Source of the DNA: Giardia intestinalis
Taxonomy: Eukaryota
Length of the DNA: 64,000 nucleotides
Assembly: GCA_000002435.2 (NCBI GenBank)
Contig: CM018789.1
Strand: one strand, 5' to 3'
Positions 10,662 through 20,629 of the stretch are shown here, piece after piece. Within the stretch, counting starts at the first letter, position 1, and every line of letters starts with the position of its first letter. Position numbers and translations under genes: made by a program. The notes beneath the pieces were generated by a model that had not been told where the DNA came from, made no database searches, and saw only the letters and a list, made by a program, of their open reading frames with translations.

Positions 10662-13025
10662 ATGGGTTCAAATTCAGAATTATCCATGACGCTGAACTTC
10701 GAGGATCTGGAGGGCGTGCCCGACATGAGCTATGTTTCTTTTATAGGCTTCTCCGGACACCTAATGAGGGGTCTGTTCTTAATGCCCGATGGCGAGGAAT
10801 TTATCTACGCTGCAGGGAGTCACGTTGTCTTTAACAAAATACAAGAAAAGCAGGCCGTATCTTGCGGCAACACTAAGACCAACGCCCCCACAACTCGTCG
10901 CACGGGAGGCGGCTACGTGGCACCTCGGGCACGCGCACTTGGAGGCCACACCAACGACTATCTTGGGACAACCGTCGAGGGGTCTACCGGGTACATACCA
11001 AACAAAAAGCATGGACCCCCAGTGGGCGCATCCGGGTCTTCTGCGGCAGGTGGAGCTTCCTACCGAGATGTACAGGTAACAGACACAAACGCCATTCTTC
11101 CTGGCAATTTTGTCCGTCCCATTCTAGTAGCAGGACATACACAAAACATTTCATGCATGGCACTCGCCAATTCGGGAAAGTATCTTATCACCGGCACAGT
11201 CACCAATTACGGGTTTTCGCCAGAGATCATAGTCTGGGATACCAGCACCCGTAAGGCGCTCACACTGATAACCCAGCACAAGTCCTCAATCATAGATATT
11301 GCCATCTCCATGGATGAGACGTGGTTCATCACCATCGGGGAGGACAACTGGATTATTGCACACTCTTTGGATGAGGCCTGTGGGTATGAGCAGTTCAAGG
11401 CATTTGCTGGTCGCCGTATTCAAGCTAATAGACCTCCCACAACACTCATTGTTCTTTCTAGCAATGTCATAGTAGCTGGCGGCGAGGACTTTCTCTGCTT
11501 CTACGAATTGGACATACAGGGTCGTGTGTTTAGGGAGAACCCTGTACGCCTACCCCTGCGCCGGAAGATAAACTGCTTTAGAGAGGTTGACTCGCTTCTC
11601 TATGCGGGCACAGAATCCGGTGATGTCATAAAGATAGACCCGGTCCGACAGGTTGCAATGCAGGTTGTCCCGTCCAAGAAGCCATTTCCGGGAGCGATCA
11701 CCAGTATTGTGCCGAACGACAACGGGAATCTCCTCGTGGCCACCAGTGCATCTAAGGTCTATTTGGTTAGAGCTGACACCATGGTGCCGGTTTCTGTCAA
11801 CGACCTTCCGGCTGACACTCAGTTGGTGAGCTCAAGTGCGGCATTTACAAGCGCAGCTACGTCTGCTGTTTCTAGTGCCAAGACCGCCGCTGTAGCTGCT
11901 GCAGCATCGGACAAGGAATCGGCTATGGGAAACGGTCACTTGGCCGTTGTCAATGCGATAGCCAATGGCATAGCTTCATTGGCGGTGGCGTCTTCAGGTG
12001 CCTCAGAGTATGCCCTTGCCTACGGCCCCAACTGTTTCTGTAGAATAAATAAGGTTAGCCTAGAATCTCGGCTACTACAGACTGCTCCCCCTGCCATTAC
12101 TACGCCACTCGGCACCGGATGTGTTGCTTTCCCGTATGACTGTGCACGCATCTGTGTGTCTGCGTGTGGTAGCTTCGTCTCTGTCTGGTCTCTCATCACA
12201 GGGCGAGAACTAGTTAGAATTTCTGTTCCAGGTGTGCGTGCTCTATCTGTGCTCATCTCGGAGGATGGATGTCAAATTATTTCTGGATGGTCGGATGGGG
12301 CAGTTCGATCTCATGCACCACAAAGCGGAAAGTCCTTATGGATAGCTGAGCAGGCTCACGATAACGGTGTTACTGCCTTGTCTCAATGCAGAGGAGGCGC
12401 GTATTTGGTTACTGGTGGCGGTGATGGCCGTCTGTGTCTCTGGGAAATTAGGGACTCATTCCAGCGCCTGGTACAAGTTCAGAAAGGCCACAAAGGAGCT
12501 ATTACCTCCATAAATGTCAAGGTATTGGATAATGGAGACGAGGAAATGGTGAGTACTTGTTCAAGTGGGATGATACAGCTATTCCGCTTTACACATGGCC
12601 AGCTCTTCAACAAGCAAGATGCATTGCAGCACGAACCTGTCAAAATAGAACTCTCGTGGGCAAGCCGCTCGGAGGGAGGGTTGGCTGGCGCTTGGGAACT
12701 TTCAGATGGGTCGCAGGTCTTTTGTTGTGGATCCTCTGGAATGTTGTGGCTACAATGTGGTCGCGCAAATGGCAGTATTCTCAGAGCGCTGCCTCTCCCT
12801 ATACCAGCCACGGCGTGCTACCTCTACGAAAGAAAAGATATAACGAAGATTTTAGTGGGTCTCCGCAACGGCCAGATCTTGCTGATTGACTACGACAGTG
12901 CTGAGATTGAAAAGAAAATCCACGTGCTCTTCGGCGAGGTCAAGTGTATAACTATGTCCAATGAAGATAACCTTGCTCTGGCTTCTGGAAACGATGGGAA
13001 CATCGTTGCCTTCTGCCCCTTTTAG
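10662..13025 (+). CDS. WD40-repeat beta-propeller protein, possibly axoneme-associated (specific orthology not established).
   Basis: Multiple WD-like units (GH..NISCMALANSGKYLITG; SGWSDGAVRSH; GHKGAITSINV; LASGNDGNIVAF). The track start at 10641 is TTG. The first ATG at 10662 has a strongly AT-rich upstream context. Confidence 0.6.
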   Translation: MGSNSELSMTLNFEDLEGVPDMSYVSFIGFSGHLMRGLFLMPDGEEFIYAAGSHVVFNKIQEKQAVSCGNTKTNAPTTRRTGGGYVAPRARALGGHTNDYLGTTVEGSTGYIPNKKHGPPVGASGSSAAGGASYRDVQVTDTNAILPGNFVRPILVAGHTQNISCMALANSGKYLITGTVTNYGFSPEIIVWDTSTRKALTLITQHKSSIIDIAISMDETWFITIGEDNWIIAHSLDEACGYEQFKAFAGRRIQANRPPTTLIVLSSNVIVAGGEDFLCFYELDIQGRVFRENPVRLPLRRKINCFREVDSLLYAGTESGDVIKIDPVRQVAMQVVPSKKPFPGAITSIVPNDNGNLLVATSASKVYLVRADTMVPVSVNDLPADTQLVSSSAAFTSAATSAVSSAKTAAVAAAASDKESAMGNGHLAVVNAIANGIASLAVASSGASEYALAYGPNCFCRINKVSLESRLLQTAPPAITTPLGTGCVAFPYDCARICVSACGSFVSVWSLITGRELVRISVPGVRALSVLISEDGCQIISGWSDGAVRSHAPQSGKSLWIAEQAHDNGVTALSQCRGGAYLVTGGGDGRLCLWEIRDSFQRLVQVQKGHKGAITSINVKVLDNGDEEMVSTCSSGMIQLFRFTHGQLFNKQDALQHEPVKIELSWASRSEGGLAGAWELSDGSQVFCCGSSGMLWLQCGRANGSILRALPLPIPATACYLYERKDITKILVGLRNGQILLIDYDSAEIEKKIHVLFGEVKCITMSNEDNLALASGNDGNIVAFCPF

Positions 13026-13030
13026 CAAGC

Positions 13031-16000
13031 TCATGTTCTGTTTTGTGAACTGGATGTAAAGGACAGGTACCGAGACAGTATGTAGTTTGCGCTTTCTATT
13101 GATCCTGTGGTCAAGTAAATAAGGACAAGTGCATGGGCTGCGGTCTGTACTATGGATTGTTCGTCGTCCGGTGTATATGACTGTCGTGGAGGAGGCCGCT
13201 GTGTCATGTGCTGTTCAAAGAGGAATTTCGTATTGGGGGCAACACTATCAGTGACATCTAAGAGGGAGTTTGAAGATGCTCGGGGGAGAATTAATAGGTG
13301 TAGTGGCCGGTCAAAGAAATTGCTGGAGAGTGAGGGGCCGTATTTGGATCGAAGGATCTTCTGAAGGATAAGCTCTGCTATGTCGAGTCTATGGCAATAG
13401 TACATGAGAGCCAGAGCAACCGCAAGGTGAGTCAGCTTTAGGTTCTGTCCGGAACATATGGTAAAGAGCTGGAGATAACGGAGACCCATCGCAATATGCT
13501 GTGTCTTGGTGTGGATCCTCTTGTTCCCACTAGTTTGCAAATAGGCAACTCCCAGAGTGTAGCACACTGAGGCCTGTATTGATCGCTTTATCATCTCTCG
13601 CTGTTCAAAAGGGCGATTGGTAAATCGCATCTCATCCTGCTCAAGTGCCCGAAGGATGTCGTCACTGAAGCATAAGGGGCAGAGCTTTTCATAGATGGTA
13701 ATGGCCTCTTTAAAATAAGATGATTGGAAGAATGTGGCGGCCATTGCAAACGTTGCTGGAACGGAGTCAGGATACTTCCTAAGGATGCGCTTAAGAAACT
13801 TTCCAATTGGAAGGCTGGGTTCTGTCTGCTGATATTGCCGTATCAGGATAGTGTAGTCTTGCATATTATATGGGCTAGACAGACACCGGCCTCGCTGATA
13901 TGAATACTGCATGGAAACTATTCCTGTCTTATGGATGAGATCCTTGGCAAGAAGGTGCATATAATCCAGGTGTTTCGAATGGGCCACCATGCCACCAACC
14001 TTCGGACTCCGCTCTGTAATGAAGAAGAGAAGGGACAAAAGAGTACTGCTTCTGCACGAAATGCCTTGATAGGTTCCTTCGGCCTCAACAATCTTCCCTA
14101 TAATCTGCTGCAATTCTATCAAGAATAAATAAAAATCAATGCGGGAGACAACCTCCCCTGACACAAGGTGTGAATGCATCTTCTCGTCAGACAATCCCCT
14201 GAGGAGCAAATCTAGCTCCCAGCGACAGCTCTCTATGTCCTCGGGCAAGCTCAACAATATGGAGTTCCGAAAAATATGTAACGGATGGGCTGAGAAGAAC
14301 TGATCGGCGATCTTTTGAAACTTGGTCGCAAAACTGTGCTTACTATTAAATTTGTAATTATTACGCAAACTAGAAAAAAGTTTGTATGCGTAGCGAGGGC
14401 GTGGATAGTTGGCTGGTAGCAGATAGGCATCTGTAAAAATAAGGCCAAAGCCAACGAAAAATGCGGTACATGCAAGCAATTCTAAGCCTCCAAATCCTTG
14501 ATCTGGATAATGCTTTCTCAGAAAAGCTTCGATTGACAACTTCGCCTTAGACCCTGATTTGGCGCTTCGTAAAGCGACATAACTAGAGAAGAGCGAGAAG
14601 AGTGCATATAGCTGCAAGTTTGTAGAAGAGTACGCCTCCACAATACCGATTGTGTCTTGTTCAAACTCAATCCATTCTCGCAGCACTAAATCTTTTCGAA
14701 GGGGTATTGTTAGATGCTCAGTAAACGCAATTCCATAATCTTCAGGATATGATATTAGAGGAACTTCTAATGTAACCGTCGGAGGAGCGTCATCTATATC
14801 AATTGCTTCTGAAAGCGCGGGTCTTGGATGGACAATGTCTAATATCATTTTCAAGTTCCGGGTGATCTCCAGTTCGCTTGCTGATTCAGCATCTGCGGTT
14901 TGTGCTGTCAAAAGAGCAGCATATCCATCTGTTTGCTGTGCGTAAAGAAATCGTGCCAGCTCCTTACGAGGACCGACACCCTTGTAATACTTAAACGCCA
15001 TGCCAAGCTGCTTGGCTACTTCGGCTTTCTGGACCCCTTGAAGGGCTTGAATTCTTGAGCTCACTATGAATAGACGGGAGATTGATCGCTTATGAAGTGG
15101 AGACGGTGTTTCCTGTGCCAAGAGCAGGTTAAGGTAAGACGTGGTCATGTCTGGCACCAGCTTTAAAAAGTTGAGGTCAAGTTGCTCAGCAAGCTTGTCA
15201 AGCGACATTTGTATTGCGGGGTCTAGAGCAGTGCCCCCATTAGACACAGGCTCATGAATTCGTGAGCCCGATCGGCTGAATAACTTCTTTGGGATACGGG
15301 TGTCTGCGTCTATGTTGACAATAAGATCGTTGATAAGTGCCATATTCCGTGTTTTTGTCAACCAAATGGCATCTGCTAGTCCTTCTAGTAAAAAGGTTGA
15401 GACATCTTCAAGCTCTTCGTCATATTGTGGGTGATATGCATGAGTGTAAAAGGTGCTTAAGACATTCTTAATGTGGAGAATAGATACCTTAGTCATCTGC
15501 CGCACCAGCATCGTATTCAGACCAGTACCAACACTGACGTTGCTGTTGTCATCGAGACAGGCGTTGGCATTACCGCTCGAAGCCTTCAAAGCCGAGATAA
15601 CACTTTGCAAAGTGATAATGATATCAACTGCTGCCTTGTGCAGTGAAAACAGACAAATATATCTCTTGTACTCTGCCCGCTCCTGTCCTCTCTTACTTCC
15701 AACACTTTTCAGAGCGAATTCTAAAAGAGTATTGAGTAGTTCAATAATACTTTCATAGCGTTTTGTTTTGTAAAGCAACTTCAACAGACGATTGATAATC
15801 CCTGGAAGAAGACCACTGACCTCTAACATACGCACTTGCTGGCCGATGAGAAACGCGATCTGCTCACTAGCACAACGCATCTTGTGCACATTACCCACCT
15901 TTAGGTCGTTAATTTTGTCTATAAACTGGAGAGTATGATTCTCAACATACGGTGCGTGCATAAGGTGGGTGCAAACCTTTCTATTAAAGCTCAAAAGGAC

Positions 16001-16984
16001 CCCGCGGTCGCGTGCAGTAACGTCTCCATGATTTTCCAGCATAAAGCGATTGAAAATATTACACATGTCTCGCTCAAAAACAAGAAGCTGTGAGTCTCTC
16101 TCAAATATGTTATTACAATACATATCATCGAGCCCAGCTATGAAAAGAGGCAGAAGTCGGTGAAGACAGTATAAAGCCTTAGGCAATCTTCTAACCTTTA
16201 AATAATCGGTGATCAACACGAGAAACTTCTCTGCTTTTGGCTGAAGAATGGCAGCGGCAAGTTGAAACTCCAGAGAAGCAATAAGGAGAGTACTTTCTGC
16301 AAGAGATTGTGGCTTATTATACACTCGCAACACTTTTGCTAATTTAACGTGCTTTAAGAATAGCTGCTCACGGATAATCGTTTCGTAGAATGATGCAAGC
16401 ATCTCAAAGGCGTGGTATGCACGGGCGTCATCTGCAATGCATTGCTTAAGCAGGTTTATGGATTCAACGTAGTCCTTCTCTTGAAAAGCCTGCATAGCGA
16501 GAGACACACTATTCCGGGTGCTTTCTTTTACGATCCTAGTGGGTTTCTCTTGCTGAATAATGGTGTGGAGAAGGGCCAGCGAGGGATACTCTCGAAGCAA
16601 GGCCATCTCCGTGTCAGTCTGCTGAAAGAGAACCTCGTCTGTGAAGGCAAGCTCCCCCTGCTCATCTGATTGCTGCTCCGTCTGCTCTTCATCAAGCAGC
16701 TCTTTATCAAATCTCTTAGCCCTAGAAGATTTAGCTGTCCCATTAGTTGATACGGTTCGGGCAGACACCTTCTGCTCTCGTGGCGAGGCGAGGCCGTCAG
16801 TACTAATATCAGTTGGAGCATCGCTTGGTGTACTGAAGGACTCTTCGTGTGAGGACTTAAAGCTTTCTGCATAGGTATCCGACGAGCTTGGATAGTAGTC
16901 TTCGTCTATGTTCTTGCGCTTTGGTTGTCTCTGGGGCCGAGAGATGAACCCAGTGACGTAGCGGGCGTCTGGATGATCCTGCAT
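13031..16984 (-). CDS. Large hypothetical protein (about 1317 aa), helical/TPR-like composition.
   Basis: Uninterrupted 3.9-kb ORF. The track start is TTG and the first ATG is 3 codons in, at 16984..16982. It shares a 39-bp AT-rich divergent promoter with the next gene. No family recognised. Confidence 0.6.
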   Translation of the reverse strand: MQDHPDARYVTGFISRPQRQPKRKNIDEDYYPSSSDTYAESFKSSHEESFSTPSDAPTDISTDGLASPREQKVSARTVSTNGTAKSSRAKRFDKELLDEEQTEQQSDEQGELAFTDEVLFQQTDTEMALLREYPSLALLHTIIQQEKPTRIVKESTRNSVSLAMQAFQEKDYVESINLLKQCIADDARAYHAFEMLASFYETIIREQLFLKHVKLAKVLRVYNKPQSLAESTLLIASLEFQLAAAILQPKAEKFLVLITDYLKVRRLPKALYCLHRLLPLFIAGLDDMYCNNIFERDSQLLVFERDMCNIFNRFMLENHGDVTARDRGVLLSFNRKVCTHLMHAPYVENHTLQFIDKINDLKVGNVHKMRCASEQIAFLIGQQVRMLEVSGLLPGIINRLLKLLYKTKRYESIIELLNTLLEFALKSVGSKRGQERAEYKRYICLFSLHKAAVDIIITLQSVISALKASSGNANACLDDNSNVSVGTGLNTMLVRQMTKVSILHIKNVLSTFYTHAYHPQYDEELEDVSTFLLEGLADAIWLTKTRNMALINDLIVNIDADTRIPKKLFSRSGSRIHEPVSNGGTALDPAIQMSLDKLAEQLDLNFLKLVPDMTTSYLNLLLAQETPSPLHKRSISRLFIVSSRIQALQGVQKAEVAKQLGMAFKYYKGVGPRKELARFLYAQQTDGYAALLTAQTADAESASELEITRNLKMILDIVHPRPALSEAIDIDDAPPTVTLEVPLISYPEDYGIAFTEHLTIPLRKDLVLREWIEFEQDTIGIVEAYSSTNLQLYALFSLFSSYVALRSAKSGSKAKLSIEAFLRKHYPDQGFGGLELLACTAFFVGFGLIFTDAYLLPANYPRPRYAYKLFSSLRNNYKFNSKHSFATKFQKIADQFFSAHPLHIFRNSILLSLPEDIESCRWELDLLLRGLSDEKMHSHLVSGEVVSRIDFYLFLIELQQIIGKIVEAEGTYQGISCRSSTLLSLLFFITERSPKVGGMVAHSKHLDYMHLLAKDLIHKTGIVSMQYSYQRGRCLSSPYNMQDYTILIRQYQQTEPSLPIGKFLKRILRKYPDSVPATFAMAATFFQSSYFKEAITIYEKLCPLCFSDDILRALEQDEMRFTNRPFEQREMIKRSIQASVCYTLGVAYLQTSGNKRIHTKTQHIAMGLRYLQLFTICSGQNLKLTHLAVALALMYYCHRLDIAELILQKILRSKYGPSLSSNFFDRPLHLLILPRASSNSLLDVTDSVAPNTKFLFEQHMTQRPPPRQSYTPDDEQSIVQTAAHALVLIYLTTGSIESANYILSRYLSFTSSSQNRT

Positions 16985-17023
16985 TGAAGGCAAGACCGAA
17001 AGCCAAAAACTAAAAAGAAGGCC
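16985..17023. promoter_or_regulatory. 39-bp AT-rich bidirectional promoter between divergent start codons.
   Basis: The sequence gaaggcaagaccgaaagccaaaaactaaaaagaaggcc lies between the ATG at 16984 (-) and the ATG at 17024 (+). Giardia core promoters are short AT-rich initiators of this size. Confidence 0.45.
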
Positions 17024-20000
17024 ATGTCATCACGGCCGGGCTCCTCGCGAGCGGATGCCATATCTGCACTGATGACTATGAGCCAATCGGTTACACGAGT
17101 GGGATACGTTCCAGCGGAGCTTCAAAACACATTGAGCAAAGGACTTCAACGACCCGTATATGCATCTCCTCCACACTTCTTTTCTCAGAAAAATCTCCGG
17201 TTAAACCAGCAGCAACAGAGATCACCAATCCGTACCATTTATCAGAGACCAAAAAGATTTTCCTCCGAGGGCCCCCAGCCATCTGTCTATGTACGCAATC
17301 TGGCCAACGAGATTAGAACAACGTCATCACCAGAACACTTTCGTCGATATCCCAAGCAATCGTTCCACACAAGTCAATCTGCAACCATTACCTATAAAAT
17401 TGCGTTATCGAACCATCAGACAAAGCTTATGCATATTCCTTCAGATACCAGAGATGCTAAGGCGTCTAAAGAGACGGATAGTTGCAGCGTTGGAGGGTTT
17501 CGCCCTATAGACCCATCTGCTGCTGCGTTAGTCAATACAAAGGCCTCCGGTCCTGATTTGCGAAAGCATGAACAATCACAGGAAGACATCCAAGAAACAT
17601 TTCTCACAGAACCGCCCGTTGATTCCATTCATATAAACGAGGCTCCAAGGTCACCGTCACCGCTTGCGCAACAGCTCTTGGATGATGAGGCGCTCACCGA
17701 AGAGGCCAGGTACTTGTACCCAAAAGTGCTTACTCCAGATCGTCGCCGTCTTGATCGCTATATTCAGGCGTCCCATGGATATGTGGGGAAAGAGTTTATA
17801 GAGGTCACCGAGAAACATAGTGTTGGGCAAAAGAGACTTGTTGCAGAAAAATACAACAGTGAATATATCAATAAGCTCCCATCATCTCACCACAAGATAG
17901 AGAAGTCAAGTATATCAAAGCGCAACAGCAACAGGGGCTCATCTCTACCTTATGACCCTTCATCATCTAAGCAGCGAGGTCATTCTGAATATTCCCAAGC
18001 ATCCATATCTACCGTGCAGAAACAGCGGGATAATAGAGCAAATGTTCAGGTCGAACTCAGCAAGCTCGCGTGGGAGGACGCTTTTATAAGGAAAATCGAT
18101 CTCATGACTGGCGCTCAATTAGAGAAGCCCGAATCTTCTACAAAGCCACAGGAGAAAGTCTCTGACTCACCACACCAGTCCCAAAAGCGCTCCACTCCAT
18201 ATCCCCACTTGGCAAGCATGTATACTGCAAGCGCTGAACGTAAGCAGAGGCCCCGTACAGCTAGGACAAGCAACCTTAATGAAGTGCGTGAGTTGATGGT
18301 AACGTCTGTGGCGAGACAAGGTCTAGTAAGGAAAAGACCAGTATCAGCAACCATCCCACAGACTTCTACACTGCCATCTACTTCTTCTCTTGATAACTTA
18401 TCAAGCGATGGCATTAAGAAGATGATTTCTGCAACAAGATTCATATCTAGTGTAACTGCTGCTGCCCCTTCGAAGGCAGAGATACGAGATATGTGCGAAT
18501 TCCACAAGAGGACCGCCCGGGACGCCCAGACAGAAAGAAATGTTTCTCTTCTTAATCCAAATGTTGCAGACTTATTCACACGTCTTGGGGAACAGCGCGC
18601 ATGCACATTTTGCGACCATTACAACAAGAACAGAGCAGTGGCTTGTAGACTCGTTCTTACACAGATCTTACACCTATGCCGACAGCACATGTGCATGCAG
18701 TACTTTAACTGCATTTCAGCTGTACACAATCCCTTCCAATCTACACAGCTCTTCTTAGAATGGGAGAATCACTGCATAGTAATTAGAGCGTGTCTGCAGG
18801 CGCTCCATCGCCTTCGGTTTTTCCATGTTATCATGGATCAGCTCCTGTACCATCTACCAGAGTCTTTTTTCAATGAAATTTCTAAGGCTCCGCTCAATCA
18901 GCTGGGTCTTTCGGCGGAACTCATACGCTCCTACTTTACCCTCAAGCGAACCACTAGTGATAGATACGACGATAACACGTCGAATAAACTACTGACCTCA
19001 TTGTCGCCCAGACAAGATAACCCGCAAGTTTCGCTAGACCAAAAACGATCGGTGGAACCTGAAGCAAGCATTTCTGCGGGATTTTTTCCTGACCACAAAC
19101 ATGTGATAGACTTATCGCTTATAGAGCTAAGCACTGCTGTTTCAGAAAGTGGACAGCAAGGAGGTATTGCAAACAATAACATTACAAACACCAACGCCCG
19201 TCTTGCAAATGTCAATATTGGCGCTTTCGATGCACCAGCTCATTCATCTCCCTTACCTGACCAGACAAAACCCCAATCTATAGCTACAGACCGACGGTAT
19301 CTTGCACCACTTTCCCTAGAAGTAGCAGTTGCCATTACTAGCATTCTAGCTGAGAGATTGAACATCTTCACCAGAAAGACACAGCGGAAGTCAGGGATAG
19401 ACGGCGCTCTTCTCTGTGGAGTCATTGCTTTTATTGGGGCATGCAACTATGACTGTTACTATGAGCTCATAAGCCCAGTACCATTAGAAGAGCGTTTGAG
19501 TACATTTGCCGGTCCGAGTGTACCGAAGATTAGAGCAAGAAGCTCTAATAACCACGGAGAGGCATCAATAACGCGTATCCTGGACTACCTGTGTGTTGAG
19601 ATCTTAAGCATGCTCGTCAATAGTTATAATGATTCCCTACCCAGTAATTTAACATATACCAATAAGTCAGCAAAGACACCGTCAACGGCCCCGCGATTTG
19701 AGGTAGTTTCCTCACTCAATAGGGCGCACCCAATCAACGCAACAAGCGTAGACTGGCTCCAGCTCAGTCTGTACGATGGCTTCATCGCGGCAGTCTCGTC
19801 ATTTCGAGCAGCATGCAACAAAAATAGATTCGTCGCCGAGCATACCTTCTTACTGGAATTTAATCCTCAATTGTCGCACAGAGTGTTTGAGGCGGCCGCA
19901 ATAGTCCTGAAAAACATGCCAGTACATGTCGCAGCCCAGCATTTTGACCGTGTGTGCCTAGTCACCTTTTGCACCATTACCTTTATCAAAGGGGCCATAG

Positions 20001-20629
20001 TCTCGGCCTCTACACGGAAGGTCATAACGACAATATTTCAAGGCGTCATTCTGAATGACCCCTACACGATAGCAAACGGATACTACTTGTTATCCACGTG
20101 CATAAGCATTCTTCTGGATATGAGGATAATGTGTAGAGAGAGCCAGAGCAATAACCAGAACAATGCAGAGAATAATCTCAGATATCTGTCGTACTTATTT
20201 TCAGAGCTGTGCCTCCTCAGTGGGATAATAGTAGAGACACATTGCTTGAGCCTAGCATCCGGTATAGCCTTGGGGAATATTCACATGATGTTTTCTAATT
20301 ATCCATCTAATATAAACGGTGCACTGCCCCCCTTTATTTTCTTTTTCAGCGGAGCTGAGGATGCCAATCAGACAGATATAAATATTAATCATGAAAAAGC
20401 AGGGATATATTTGAAGTACTACGTAGCCTCATTCGTCATGAGACTGGGAATCTCATATGCTCGGTGCGCGGGTCGCCTGGACATGTCCATTGCAGAAATC
20501 ATCTCCAGTTCTAGCGTTTTTAGGCACTTATACCAGGAATACTCTGCGTATCGTGAAAAGTATGTCCTCGTAGATGAGTTTTGCAGGGTTCTGTTCGAGG
20601 AGAACAAGGGCCTGATGCTAATCGGCTAG
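17024..20629 (+). CDS. Large hypothetical protein (1201 aa) with a Ser/Gln-rich disordered N-terminal half.
   Basis: ATG at 17024 preceded by aaaaactaaaaagaaggcc. Long ORF with low-complexity S/T/Q-rich first 450 aa and a structured C-terminal half. No family recognised. Confidence 0.6.
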   Translation: MSSRPGSSRADAISALMTMSQSVTRVGYVPAELQNTLSKGLQRPVYASPPHFFSQKNLRLNQQQQRSPIRTIYQRPKRFSSEGPQPSVYVRNLANEIRTTSSPEHFRRYPKQSFHTSQSATITYKIALSNHQTKLMHIPSDTRDAKASKETDSCSVGGFRPIDPSAAALVNTKASGPDLRKHEQSQEDIQETFLTEPPVDSIHINEAPRSPSPLAQQLLDDEALTEEARYLYPKVLTPDRRRLDRYIQASHGYVGKEFIEVTEKHSVGQKRLVAEKYNSEYINKLPSSHHKIEKSSISKRNSNRGSSLPYDPSSSKQRGHSEYSQASISTVQKQRDNRANVQVELSKLAWEDAFIRKIDLMTGAQLEKPESSTKPQEKVSDSPHQSQKRSTPYPHLASMYTASAERKQRPRTARTSNLNEVRELMVTSVARQGLVRKRPVSATIPQTSTLPSTSSLDNLSSDGIKKMISATRFISSVTAAAPSKAEIRDMCEFHKRTARDAQTERNVSLLNPNVADLFTRLGEQRACTFCDHYNKNRAVACRLVLTQILHLCRQHMCMQYFNCISAVHNPFQSTQLFLEWENHCIVIRACLQALHRLRFFHVIMDQLLYHLPESFFNEISKAPLNQLGLSAELIRSYFTLKRTTSDRYDDNTSNKLLTSLSPRQDNPQVSLDQKRSVEPEASISAGFFPDHKHVIDLSLIELSTAVSESGQQGGIANNNITNTNARLANVNIGAFDAPAHSSPLPDQTKPQSIATDRRYLAPLSLEVAVAITSILAERLNIFTRKTQRKSGIDGALLCGVIAFIGACNYDCYYELISPVPLEERLSTFAGPSVPKIRARSSNNHGEASITRILDYLCVEILSMLVNSYNDSLPSNLTYTNKSAKTPSTAPRFEVVSSLNRAHPINATSVDWLQLSLYDGFIAAVSSFRAACNKNRFVAEHTFLLEFNPQLSHRVFEAAAIVLKNMPVHVAAQHFDRVCLVTFCTITFIKGAIVSASTRKVITTIFQGVILNDPYTIANGYYLLSTCISILLDMRIMCRESQSNNQNNAENNLRYLSYLFSELCLLSGIIVETHCLSLASGIALGNIHMMFSNYPSNINGALPPFIFFFSGAEDANQTDININHEKAGIYLKYYVASFVMRLGISYARCAGRLDMSIAEIISSSSVFRHLYQEYSAYREKYVLVDEFCRVLFEENKGLMLIG

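Noticed and set aside
15453-16874. Plus-strand ORFs of 77-101 aa inside the 13031..16984 minus-strand gene.
   Set aside because: They are antisense to a 1317-aa uninterrupted CDS and have no independent support.
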